IMG/VR virus record: IMGVR_UViG_3300020345_000005
Span: 1 to 25,213 of that record
Source of the DNA: a virus
Lineage: Duplodnaviria; Caudoviricetes
Strand: one strand, 5' to 3'
Length of the DNA: 25,213 nucleotides
The translations under genes and the position numbers were made by a program. Below the pieces are notes generated by a model. It was not told the DNA's origin, ran no database searches, and saw nothing but the letters and a program-made list of their open reading frames with translations. This document shows positions 17,401 through 25,213 of this stretch, piece after piece (position 1 is the stretch's first letter; every line of letters starts with the position of its first letter).

Positions 17401-20400
17401 TTGGCAAAGGGCTGGACCCTTGATGACATTGCTGACTTAGATCGGTTGAGGGCTTTATCTGGACCCTATAGCCCGCTGATGCGAGGGCAAGCAGAAAAAA
17501 TAAAAAGGGCAATTGATAGACTAGATAAAAAAGGAGAAGCGGCAGCGCAAGAGCTGAGAAACATCGAATCCGCCAAACAGAAACAGGCCGGAAAAGCAGC
17601 AGTCCTAAAAGCAAAAGCTGCGGCCAACAACATCAAACAGCTTATGAAAGAGTCGATTGAGAATAGAATCAAAGACTCAATTAAGCGCAGCCCTGATGAT
17701 GTGACCCCCCTCCCAATACTAGAAGACTTAAAGGGTGAACCGATCCCTGGTACCGTCCGCACTACAATTGAGTCAGCATCTGATGTAGAGGAAAAGCTAA
17801 GGGCCGGTCTTGCTAACACAGCAGATGAAATAACCAAAAGATTAGAGGCATTGAAGGCCGAGCAGTCCGCCGTACAAGCCTCTGCCGTTAGAAGACTAAA
17901 AGTAAAAAGATCGACCAAACTTACCCCTGAGCAGAACAGGCTTCTTGATGCGGCGGTTCACTGGGAAGGTGTTGCCCAAGCCAGCAGACTTCTTCATTAC
18001 GCCTTTGACCCAGTTGGGTTCATTGGCGCAGGCAACAGAATGAAGAACTGGCTTATTGACAGGTACGGCACAACATATGAAGGCGCCTTGAGTACGGTAA
18101 CAAAAGGCACGATTGAAGGCAGTAAACTACTCAGCAAACAAGCGGCACATGAGCTTTTACTTGCGTCAAGATATTGGCTTAGAAGTCCAACGAGAACAGA
18201 CTCTGTACCGCTTGCTTTGTACAACGCCTTTGCTCGTGAAGCAGAAGGTGAAATCCACGAGGCGTCATTTAAAATAAGAACAGCCTTGAAGGAAATATCA
18301 GACAATGAAGTTGTTGTCGTAACCAGCGAGGGCGCAAATAACCCTGAAAAATTTATTCAAGATTTGGCGAGCAAGTACAAAACCACAGTTAAGACTATTG
18401 TTTCAAAAAACAAGCTGGGTCTTGATCCTGGCTTCAGTTGGGATACACGCACTGCAGATGACATACACAAGCAGCTATCAGAGCTTGGCAAACGCCTTCG
18501 AGATCAAAAGAAGGACATTGATCCCAAACTGAATGAAGAAATTACAAGTAGACTGATAGTTGCCATTGACGAGCTTCCTGATAAAGACATACATAAGCAC
18601 TATTCCCTGCTTCAGGATATTGTTGAAAACATCGCCGACCAAGGGGATCTTGGCAAACGCCTTCGAGATCGAAAGAAGCGCATTGATGCCGAACTGAAAG
18701 AAGTAATTGCAAACCCATCTAAAATACACTTACAAGAAGGTCAGCGCATTTTAGTCAGGGATGTTGCAAACCCAGAGCGAAGAAATAAAAGGGTAACCAC
18801 CGTATCGCAGGCATTGCATTATGAACATGCCGACCTTACTGAACACGTTACAAGAGAAATTGACGAAATTGGCGGGATAGAGAGAGTTCGGTTTGTAGCA
18901 AATGAAGACTCACCGGACGTATGGAAAGACTGGACAGTTACTGCAAACCACTACCTTGAAATCATAGACCTTTCGAGACAAACGACCATTGAGTCTATAG
19001 AGCTGGGCCTTCTCAAAGATTTACCTGGGCTGCATGAAATCTGGGCGCCAAACGTTTACCCATTTGAAGCAAGGCTAGAAGCGCTTGAAAAAAGAGTAAA
19101 AGAAAAATGGGGGGCAGAGATTGCCGATGCAAAAAAAACAGGGGCACCTGCCAAGGAAATAGAACGTCTAGAAAAGCAGATGAAAAATGACCTCGATCGC
19201 AAAACGGTGGATTATAAAATCCGTGAAGCGCAACGAACAACTGGCGGTGGTCAGACCCTTGAGGGAATAGGCGGTGAGTCGCTTCGACAAAGAAAGTTAG
19301 CAGTGCCTGACCCAGAAACGGGCAAAGCGACAATTCCAATTGAAGACAGAATAGATAAATACGGGATGGCAGCCGACCTGTACTCAACAGCAATGATCGG
19401 CATTCTTCGCCAAAAAAGAGACATTGCAACAGCAAGGATGTGGAAGCGAATTGCCAATTCGCCAGACATTATGTCTCACGTAGAAAAGCCTGGATGGGTG
19501 CTAGTAAAAAACACAGACGTTGATGGCACAATGAAGGTAAAAAAATATGGCAACTCGTTGCCAGAAAGATTTTATCTTCACCCAGACGTATACTGGGATC
19601 TCAAGGGAACTGGCCAGATGATGGATTGGTCAAAAAGGCTCCCCGTCCAAGTGCTTTCTCTTTGGAAGGGAATGAAGACCGCAATGTCTATTGGTTCGCA
19701 TGTAACAAATGCGCTAACCAACACCCTTGTCCTTGGTCCAATGGCAGGCCTTTCTCCCTTGAATCCAAATGACGCTAAGTTTTTCGGGCAAGCTGCCAAA
19801 GAATTCTGGACAGGCGGAAGCAGCAAAAGCTACCAGCAGTTTGTTATTGACCAAGGCAGAGGGCCGACTGCACAGATTAACAAACTAGAAATGGTGGCCG
19901 ACACCAAGAAGGCATACGGGGCGCTTTACACAGGTATTTCCGGCCAAAGCAAAAACGCCATGGATACCTTCATTAAAATATTTGAAATGACAGCTGACCC
20001 AGGCAACGAAAAAACCTGGAGTATAGTAAAAAAAGCCATTCCAAAAAAAGCGCAGGCCCTGAAAGATCTCATCATTGATTACCCTGGTTTATTTTATCAA
20101 GCGGGCGACGACTTCTTTCGTTATGCGCTTTACCTAAAAAACACAGCCAAAGGAATGGGCAGCGTAGAAGCGGCACAGGTATCCAGAAAAGCCTTTGCGG
20201 CATACGAATCCATTGCACCAATGTTCCGCATAATGGCGACATCCATGATCGGAAAACCATTCCTTGCGTTTGATGCGGCCATGATACCGCAGGTAACAAA
20301 ATGGATCCGCGATAACCCAGTTCGAGCAAACATCTGGGTAGACTTGTATGAGTCAATGACAGATATAAATTTTGCGGCAAGCGAAATGACAGAAGAAAGG

Positions 20401-21639
20401 TGGGACGAATACCAAAGCAACTTACCCCGCTATGATGTCAATCGAATGGCTGGAATAAGAAAGCTATTCCCAACGCTTGGGCAGGACGCTCTTGGTCAAG
20501 AGCGATATTGGAACTGGCAGCGAATTGCTATTGGCTCAAGATTTTTCCCAGAAAAAGGCGAAGAAGGCTTTAGCCGGGCGCACGCTACCCGAGCGTTTGC
20601 AAGTGAAAGCCCATACGCTGCTGGCTTATATCTTTGGCTTGGTAACCGCGACATTAAGTTTAATAGGTACTATGATCCGGCTGACCCAACAACCGATGCC
20701 GCAAAAAGCCAATGGGCGTGGCAAACTGCCTTACCGTCCATCGTCCCCGGCGGGTACGCCTGGAACCGAGTAAAAGACTCTGGGTTTCGCTTCTTTTCAA
20801 ACAATGAGATCGGCAGGCCGAGGCGCGGAAGACTGACTGCAGAATCTCCTGCAGAAGCTCTTTTGTATTACTTCACAGGGCAACGGGTTGCGACATATGA
20901 CCCCATAGAGCGGGCGGGCCTAAAGAAAGAAGAGGAGAAGTTTGAAAACATATCAATCGAACGAAAAGGGCCTAAAGCCGTCTATGAGCGGGCAATCAAA
21001 TCTTTTGTAAACGATACTCACAGGTTTATAAAAACCCCAGACCAGCTCAGGGGGTTCCTTGAAAAGATAGCGGAAGACCCCAAAGGCTTGGCCGCAATGA
21101 AACAAAACACCATTGACGATGAAGTCAAGGCCGCCTGGGATGCGCGTAACAGCGCACGGCACGCCCGTTTTGCAAAAATCTCAATCCGGGCACAAGATCA
21201 TAGAATGGGCCTTGACCCATCGAGCAGTCCCGCTGCCGTAAAAGCAGCTAACGATGCTACACTAAAAACACTGAACAACATGCTAAACAAAACCATGGCA
21301 ACAACCCTGAATAGAAAAGGGAAGCTTTCTGATTTTGGAAAGTACTCAGATGTGCTTGAATTTATTGAAGCTCAAAAAAGAACAGAAGGCTGGAAAGGGG
21401 AGGCCAGGATAACGGTTTACAATAAAATTATTAAAAACCTAACCAAACTTGGTCGCCACAAAGAAGCAGCAGAATTTGTGAGAGACTACCTTCAATATCA
21501 AAAGCCTGACGCTTACCTTGAGACATGGCATACACTTGATAAGAACAAGAAGAGAAAAACCACATGGTATGAGATGAAATTAAGAGGTATAAGAAGTAGT
21601 CAGAGAAGAGCTATAAAGAAAAGAGCTGGAGTAAACTAA
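14401..21639 (+). CDS. Giant (2412 aa) internal virion/ejection protein
   Basis: 7.2 kb uninterrupted ORF, last gene of the ejection cassette (T7 gp16 / P22 gp16 position). Long coiled coils, and C-terminal patterns WKGMKT.MS.GSH..N, YQAGDDFFRYALY...EAA..SRKAF..Y and PFLAF resembling the C-termini of large podoviral virion proteins. Confidence 0.7.
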   Translation: MSRGRRRGRDDEYQNPFSSGKFFKPTSYGREKRDSYDEILELANLLGDDSTTAIEAGKDGLAEDALAEGFKISPVEPPPGQPEAPEKPTVLDGGWLTEQGFWKPENVAKEEEIAKKHWQDKIPTVKRVGRIYRSFGRQTGEADVTFPDKTVRRMPYTEAYKFIKQPDETWADYAARRQAESSGLKKALPSLYDKDARVIDAATDPVKTTRKTAAGVVQETTPGTPGIDASVDVRERHGLVKQEPYSLAGQLAESESLIEKVGDVAVFAALPFYQAGLRLAKDTAGAWKAVGVNPTTIQRVAQRQLNMIAKAGGTGFNLINLIYEAPDFLQSMLPTLSETPGRPQSLQERREARRQRLGIDKVTLGDYVDFRIPTEEELLKRAQYEPNTRTAFGDDQITKNEWGNLAAYAANRAHIVGDSSRVLGGDLSEQAPVVEPIHTSSDVTGLPMPQKMAQVTFANGKEEVMPLEQAMDVLAEHRKKNPKGHWEEEEWDEFSADRFWDNTLAEMEGLVSIIPAVVSGVMWVGSGRRLEQVAGTSAHYLVGETAAFTGEHLAMLAKGDIDKFVETGLISAIADVGLLWGGVSTAATARASQLLRKAEHASGASNSASRIQQAANNIIINENQAAQTGRQGQSASRASKSANEASRIRNEVSELESKLAKAEAELKRAGQINRRASFIAESSLYESMGVVDEAQIARLQEAVANTKAELDSLRRKSVAADLLAQKAQEQSALFTATDEIVGSQEMRLGGKREGEVSNLPSELQGLHGTYDDLTKELSDAIEAEGRYLNEARQTLDIIEDAAKTERAAVSAVERQSIHDRFVSKNKTKSADALAREAIAGLKKTEPPSPGRDPDIGIKQALESISKRRSDELGEYTTATGELNDKAIDLITKGKLESVPVEILYRYQRRIRNKYRSLDNGELGANLELKLDARLKERPKTLKEEGLIAGGDNLPSPLKMKAQEIAKERNQLQSNLRLAGHEKIKNIAERLASGEMQYVDLLAKGWTLDDIADLDRLRALSGPYSPLMRGQAEKIKRAIDRLDKKGEAAAQELRNIESAKQKQAGKAAVLKAKAAANNIKQLMKESIENRIKDSIKRSPDDVTPLPILEDLKGEPIPGTVRTTIESASDVEEKLRAGLANTADEITKRLEALKAEQSAVQASAVRRLKVKRSTKLTPEQNRLLDAAVHWEGVAQASRLLHYAFDPVGFIGAGNRMKNWLIDRYGTTYEGALSTVTKGTIEGSKLLSKQAAHELLLASRYWLRSPTRTDSVPLALYNAFAREAEGEIHEASFKIRTALKEISDNEVVVVTSEGANNPEKFIQDLASKYKTTVKTIVSKNKLGLDPGFSWDTRTADDIHKQLSELGKRLRDQKKDIDPKLNEEITSRLIVAIDELPDKDIHKHYSLLQDIVENIADQGDLGKRLRDRKKRIDAELKEVIANPSKIHLQEGQRILVRDVANPERRNKRVTTVSQALHYEHADLTEHVTREIDEIGGIERVRFVANEDSPDVWKDWTVTANHYLEIIDLSRQTTIESIELGLLKDLPGLHEIWAPNVYPFEARLEALEKRVKEKWGAEIADAKKTGAPAKEIERLEKQMKNDLDRKTVDYKIREAQRTTGGGQTLEGIGGESLRQRKLAVPDPETGKATIPIEDRIDKYGMAADLYSTAMIGILRQKRDIATARMWKRIANSPDIMSHVEKPGWVLVKNTDVDGTMKVKKYGNSLPERFYLHPDVYWDLKGTGQMMDWSKRLPVQVLSLWKGMKTAMSIGSHVTNALTNTLVLGPMAGLSPLNPNDAKFFGQAAKEFWTGGSSKSYQQFVIDQGRGPTAQINKLEMVADTKKAYGALYTGISGQSKNAMDTFIKIFEMTADPGNEKTWSIVKKAIPKKAQALKDLIIDYPGLFYQAGDDFFRYALYLKNTAKGMGSVEAAQVSRKAFAAYESIAPMFRIMATSMIGKPFLAFDAAMIPQVTKWIRDNPVRANIWVDLYESMTDINFAASEMTEERWDEYQSNLPRYDVNRMAGIRKLFPTLGQDALGQERYWNWQRIAIGSRFFPEKGEEGFSRAHATRAFASESPYAAGLYLWLGNRDIKFNRYYDPADPTTDAAKSQWAWQTALPSIVPGGYAWNRVKDSGFRFFSNNEIGRPRRGRLTAESPAEALLYYFTGQRVATYDPIERAGLKKEEEKFENISIERKGPKAVYERAIKSFVNDTHRFIKTPDQLRGFLEKIAEDPKGLAAMKQNTIDDEVKAAWDARNSARHARFAKISIRAQDHRMGLDPSSSPAAVKAANDATLKTLNNMLNKTMATTLNRKGKLSDFGKYSDVLEFIEAQKRTEGWKGEARITVYNKIIKNLTKLGRHKEAAEFVRDYLQYQKPDAYLETWHTLDKNKKRKTTWYEMKLRGIRSSQRRAIKKRAGVN
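18484..18708 (+). repeat. Intragenic 60-bp direct repeat (18484-18543 and 18649-18708), 53/60 identical
   Basis: cttggcaaacgccttcgagatc is identical for 22 nt. The copies are 165 nt (55 codons) apart and in frame: LGKRLRDQKKDIDPKLNEEI / LGKRLRDRKKRIDAELKEVI. Confidence 0.9.
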
Positions 21640-22058
21640 TGGGTGTTAATACTTTCAAACATAAAGTTGCTTTTACGGCAAACGGTGACAAAGCGACGCT
21701 GCGCCTACCAGCAGCATACGACGTAATACAGATTCAGTTTCATCCGGCAGCTGGCCAGACCGCAGCGGCAGGGGACTTGATGCTCATCGAGGGCGTTGAC
21801 GAAGACGACGAGACTATCGTACTTCCGGGTGGTTCCGGCGCAGGCGGCGCTTTTCTGTTGAACGCAGATCAAGTTCTCCAGTTTAGCTGGAAGGGTCCAG
21901 CCGTAAAGCTTACCTACACCGAGGTTACTGGCGCACTAAACATGACCGTAAAAGTAAAAACGTTCATGGAAAACTCAGGCGATACCGACACGGGAAGTGG
22001 CTACCCTACTGCGCTAGCGGCTGCAGCTGGAAACCCAACAAGAACACTAAGGGGCTAA
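21639..22058 (+). CDS. Small beta-rich putative virion protein
   Basis: 139 aa with alternating beta-strand patterns (VIQIQFH, LMLIEG, VKLTY, MTVKVK). TAATG-coupled to the giant gene, with a GGAG SD. Confidence 0.65.
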   Translation: MGVNTFKHKVAFTANGDKATLRLPAAYDVIQIQFHPAAGQTAAAGDLMLIEGVDEDDETIVLPGGSGAGGAFLLNADQVLQFSWKGPAVKLTYTEVTGALNMTVKVKTFMENSGDTDTGSGYPTALAAAAGNPTRTLRG

Positions 22059-22061
22059 CCA

Positions 22062-23495
22062 ATGTCAAGACGCAGTGTAAACAGGAACTTTATCTCTAGT
22101 GCCGGTTCCGAAGCGGCAGAGAATCTTTCAGACGGGACCGTTAGTGGTGGTATTGACATTTCTGGCGCTTTGTCTTTTGACGGTGCCACGGGTATTACTT
22201 CAATAGACACAGACATTAGCAGTGTATCAAGCTCTGACGACACTCTTGCATCGGCTAAAGCCATCAAGACGTATGTTGATTCGGTTGCAGGCGGTGGCGG
22301 TGATATTACTGCTGTGTCACTAACCGGCGACAGCGGCGGCGCACTCAGCGTTGCAAGTGGCTCTGCGGGGTTTACGATTGCGGGCGGCGAAGGCATTGAT
22401 ACTTCGGGATCATCCACAACAATAACCATTGCAGGTGAAGAGGCTACAACCAGTAACAAGGGTATTGCTTCATTTAGCTCTGACAATTTCGATGTCTCAT
22501 CTGGCGCAGTCACTATCAAAAGCGGCGGCGTTGATTTGAGTGACGAGGTAACGGGGACTTTACCTGTTGACCACGGCGGAACCGGTGCAACTTCTCTGAC
22601 AGATAAATCTGTGATGATATCGCAGGACAGCGGCACAGATACATTGACTTCGTTACCGCTTACCGGCAGCGGTGAAATCGTGATCGGCGGCGCATCCGGC
22701 CCAGCAGCGGCAACACTAACCGCAGGCAGCAACGTCACCATTACAAATGGCGACGGCTCAATTGAAATTTCTGCCAGTGGTGGCGGTGGCGGTGGCGCTG
22801 TATCAGCTGTTGCAAATGGTAGCAACAATCGCATTGCGACATTTAGCAGCAGCGACGCATTGAACGGTGAGGCTAATCTTGAGTTCGACGGTACCGATCT
22901 CAGCATTGCCGCAGCAGGAAAGATTGAATTTAGAGATACCGGCATCTATGCCCAAAGTGACGAAGACGGCCACCTGTCGATCGTAGCCGATGGCCATGTG
23001 ACGACCAGCGGATTTCCATCAAACGAGAACAACATCGGCACCTCTGCAACGTCGCTGCCGTCTATTTACGCTCACGCAGGTGACGCAACCGGGGAAAAAA
23101 TAGGCTATCTCACAACGACCGGCGGCGATGCGCTGACAGTCGGTTTGATGTATTACCTAAGCGACCACCCCGAGTGGCACCAAACGAGCGCAGTAGATGC
23201 CGACGAAGGCGCCGGGGACCTACTAGCCATCGCACTGAATACCAACGCAGCGGCCAACGGCGGCTCTATGCTCTTGCGTGGGCTTGTCCGGCTTGATTCA
23301 GGCGGTTATGTAGGCACGGCGGCAGTAGGCAAGACGGCTTACATGTCAGAGAGCGTCACAGGCAAAATTGATTTCGACAAGCCCACAGCATCGGGAAACA
23401 TTCAAAGGGTAGTCGGGCACTGCGTCCAAAAAGACGGTAGCAACCACATCTTGTTCTACTTCAATCCATCGAATGACTATGGCGTGGTGGCCTAA
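22062..23495 (+). CDS. Tail fibre-like protein (G/S/T-rich, mosaic)
   Basis: Fibre motifs [83 protein letters not shown] and [12 protein letters not shown]-terminal domain LLAIAL...MLLRG...P.ASG...RVVG.C...FNPS. Confidence 0.75.
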   Translation: MSRRSVNRNFISSAGSEAAENLSDGTVSGGIDISGALSFDGATGITSIDTDISSVSSSDDTLASAKAIKTYVDSVAGGGGDITAVSLTGDSGGALSVASGSAGFTIAGGEGIDTSGSSTTITIAGEEATTSNKGIASFSSDNFDVSSGAVTIKSGGVDLSDEVTGTLPVDHGGTGATSLTDKSVMISQDSGTDTLTSLPLTGSGEIVIGGASGPAAATLTAGSNVTITNGDGSIEISASGGGGGGAVSAVANGSNNRIATFSSSDALNGEANLEFDGTDLSIAAAGKIEFRDTGIYAQSDEDGHLSIVADGHVTTSGFPSNENNIGTSATSLPSIYAHAGDATGEKIGYLTTTGGDALTVGLMYYLSDHPEWHQTSAVDADEGAGDLLAIALNTNAAANGGSMLLRGLVRLDSGGYVGTAAVGKTAYMSESVTGKIDFDKPTASGNIQRVVGHCVQKDGSNHILFYFNPSNDYGVVA

Positions 23496-24337
23496 TGGGA
23501 ACTCCGCTTATTAGTTGGAACGGGATTGACACTTATAAATTAAAATCTTGGAACGGCTCAGAAAAGCAGACTCTTTCAGGGATTAACGGCACTGACTTGT
23601 CGCCACCACCAAAGTTTTTCAGCATGTTTGAAGATGGCAGCGGCACCACGAGCGCCGATCTTTCTTTAGGAACAACGGCGCACGATGCTGAGTTTGTTGG
23701 CGCTGCCGAGTGGTACACAGCAAGTACGGCAGCAGGCACCTACGCTATTGCAACGGGAACTGGTGAGGCCATAAAAATTGACGATCATAATGATCTTGAC
23801 TGGCCCGTTGATGGTGAATGGGCGTTTTCAACTTACACTGCAACGCTTTCTAATACCTATGCTGGTTGCCTAGTCAAGCGAGCGGGCAGCGGTAGTGCCT
23901 ATCGAGGCTTTGCTCTGTATTTTCTAAACGGCGTAATTGATTGTTATATTGTTGATGCATATTCAAGCGAAGCACTACACGTCAAGGGCACTGGCACAAG
24001 CACAAATATCAAAGACGGCAACTGGCATCACGTTGTGGTTTCATGGGATGGGACAACCTCACAAGGTGCAAGCTCTTTGTCAATCTGGATTGATGGCGCT
24101 CTTCACACTACAGGCAACTCAAAGCTAGCTGTGCATAGTGGCATTGACTCGCTTGACAGCAATAGCACAATAACAAATTCAGTTGATATATACCTGTCAA
24201 ACTCTTCCGACACTCAAGTTTACCCATCAGGCGGCGTTGACCATACGGCGATTTGGAACGGAACAGGGCTGACCGCAACCCAAGTGGCAGTGCTTTATAA
24301 TTCGGGCACGCCAATTGATGTTAGAAGGGGGCTGTAG
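23495..24337 (+). CDS. Concanavalin A-like / LamG-domain protein (putative receptor-binding lectin)
   Basis: DGNWHHVVVSWDG...IWIDG...GGVDHTAIWN..LTATQVAVLYNSG matches the Laminin_G_3 pattern. N-terminal 11-residue (W/I)NG repeats. Confidence 0.8.
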   Translation: MGTPLISWNGIDTYKLKSWNGSEKQTLSGINGTDLSPPPKFFSMFEDGSGTTSADLSLGTTAHDAEFVGAAEWYTASTAAGTYAIATGTGEAIKIDDHNDLDWPVDGEWAFSTYTATLSNTYAGCLVKRAGSGSAYRGFALYFLNGVIDCYIVDAYSSEALHVKGTGTSTNIKDGNWHHVVVSWDGTTSQGASSLSIWIDGALHTTGNSKLAVHSGIDSLDSNSTITNSVDIYLSNSSDTQVYPSGGVDHTAIWNGTGLTATQVAVLYNSGTPIDVRRGL

Positions 24338-24510
24338 TGGCACAGATAAAGGAACCGCAATACTTAGCGGCGGCAATCTGGGAACACGTTGTGCAGAACC
24401 CTGATGACTTGCCCGTGTTGGCTCAAGCTGAATCGGACATCCTGGAAGGAACAATGACATTAGCCGAAGCACAAGCGCATGAGTTCTCAGATATATTAGT
24501 AGAGGAGTAA
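24337..24510 (+). CDS. Small acidic hypothetical protein, 57 aa (not in ORF track)
   Basis: GTG start overlapping the upstream TAG (TAGTG), AAGGGGG upstream. MAQIKEPQYLAAAIWEHVVQNPDDLPVLAQAESDILEGTMTLAEAQAHEFSDILVEE*. Fills the gap exactly. Confidence 0.65.
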   Translation: MAQIKEPQYLAAAIWEHVVQNPDDLPVLAQAESDILEGTMTLAEAQAHEFSDILVEE

Positions 24511-24513
24511 ACC

Positions 24514-24720
24514 ATGAAACATCATTCTTTTCCTGTTGAGCTTCCGGCGCCAAAACCGGTTGTCGCTGCAACACCAAAGAAAAAAGCAAAAAAGAAAAAA
24601 CCTGCCGTTAGCTTGGACAACACAAAAGCAGAGCTTCTCGCTGCAGCCAAATCACTGGGCCTTGATGTTCCAAGCCGTTCAACAAAAGCAGATGTATTGG
24701 CACTAATAGAGGAAGCTTAG
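24514..24720 (+). CDS. Small basic protein with HeH/LEM/Rho-N-like helix-extension-helix domain
   Basis: TKAELLAAAKSLGLDVPSRSTKADVLALI matches the HeH pattern, preceded by PKKKAKKKKP. GAGGAG SD. Confidence 0.7.
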   Translation: MKHHSFPVELPAPKPVVAATPKKKAKKKKPAVSLDNTKAELLAAAKSLGLDVPSRSTKADVLALIEEA

Positions 24721-24721
24721 G

Positions 24722-25213
24722 TTGGAAGACGAAGAGGTTATACGCCTTCAAACGGCACTGCTTGCCCTTGGCCATGAGCCAGGGATGATTGATGGCCTTC
24801 TTGGCCCAAAGACAATCGCAGCAGCCGCTCGCTTTATGTGGCTAGAGCATGGAGACTTGTCTGTCGCAAGAGCGGCATACGAAAGGCTCCGGCCAGCACC
24901 AGAGCCAAGCGTTATCACCTCGGGCATTGATGTGTCCTCTTATCAGGGTGTGGTGGATTGGGAGAAAGTTGCTGGGGCCGGGCACCGGTTTGCGTGGGTA
25001 AAATGCTCTGAAGGCACTACTCACAAGAACAAAGGGCGACAAGCCCGGATGGACGGTGCCCGCGCCTTTGGCATTCCCGTTGGTGGATACCATTACGCAT
25101 TGCCTAAAACGTACAGGAACATCGGGTTGAAGGATGCTGTAAAAGAAGCGAACAATTTCTTAAGCTGCTATGGAACCCCGCAACCCGATGATCTTGTTCC
25201 CGCGTTAGACCTT
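24722..25213 (+). CDS. Endolysin: N-terminal PG_binding_1-like domain plus GH25 muramidase (3' truncated; not in ORF track)
   Basis: Probable TTG start. VIRLQTALLALGHEPGMIDGLLGPKT (peptidoglycan-binding motif), then GIDVSSYQGVVDWEKV...FAWVKCSEG...VGGYHYA...EANNF...PALDL at the window end (GH25 motifs; the DxE glutamate should follow immediately). Confidence 0.9.
   Translation, partial: MEDEEVIRLQTALLALGHEPGMIDGLLGPKTIAAAARFMWLEHGDLSVARAAYERLRPAPEPSVITSGIDVSSYQGVVDWEKVAGAGHRFAWVKCSEGTTHKNKGRQARMDGARAFGIPVGGYHYALPKTYRNIGLKDAVKEANNFLSCYGTPQPDDLVPALDL

Larger units (their letters stand above)
1..25213 (+). mobile_element. Phage/prophage virion morphogenesis and lysis module, podovirus-like
   Basis: All genes are co-directional and tightly packed in the order terminase-portal-scaffold-capsid-adaptor-nozzle-ejection-fibre-lysin. 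No tape measure, tube or sheath gene seen. Confidence 0.92.

Noticed and set aside
18484-18708. Repeat pair as DGR template/variable repeat
   Set aside because: Mismatches are not confined to adenines in either copy (g/c and c/g differences occur). Both copies lie mid-gene in one ORF, and no reverse transcriptase is in the window.
14401-21639. Giant ORF as virion RNA polymerase or tape measure protein
   Set aside because: No DxDGD or T7/N4-type polymerase motif found by eye (closest is DVDGT). No tail tube, tail chaperone or TMP-type periodic repeats. A remote fold cannot be excluded without a structure search.
22055-22945. 296-aa minus-strand ORF and the other antisense or alternate-frame ORFs in the track
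   Set aside because: Shadows of dense + strand genes with biased codons. No recognisable motifs, and all credible genes are on the + strand.
1-25213. CRISPR array, tRNA, intron/intein, Rho-independent terminators
   Set aside because: No regularly spaced repeats, cloverleaf, interrupted gene or convincing GC hairpin plus U-tract found by eye. tRNAscan-SE, Infernal and a terminator scan would confirm.

Overview
The window is one uninterrupted + strand late (morphogenesis) operon of a tailed dsDNA phage (Caudoviricetes) or prophage with podovirus-type, P22/T7-like organisation. Gene order: terminase large subunit (5'-truncated), small protein, portal, scaffold, small charged protein, major capsid, beta-helix protein, hypothetical, head-tail adaptor, tail nozzle/stabilisation protein, second beta-helix protein, short fibre/needle-like protein, four putative ejection (internal virion) proteins including a 2412-aa giant, small virion protein, tail fibre, LamG-like lectin, two small proteins, and a PG-binding + GH25 endolysin (3'-truncated). 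I saw no tape measure, tail tube or sheath gene, tRNA, CRISPR array, integrase or reverse transcriptase. Three probable ORFs missing from the supplied track were recovered (4243-4401, 24337-24510, 24722-end), plus the 5' extension of terL. I cannot claim a clearly new system. The best leads are the capsid-coupled beta-helix protein, the very large ejection cassette (with a recent internal duplication showing only non-synonymous changes), a palindrome upstream of the capsid gene and the multi-adhesin set. All product calls come from motif recognition and synteny, not database searches.
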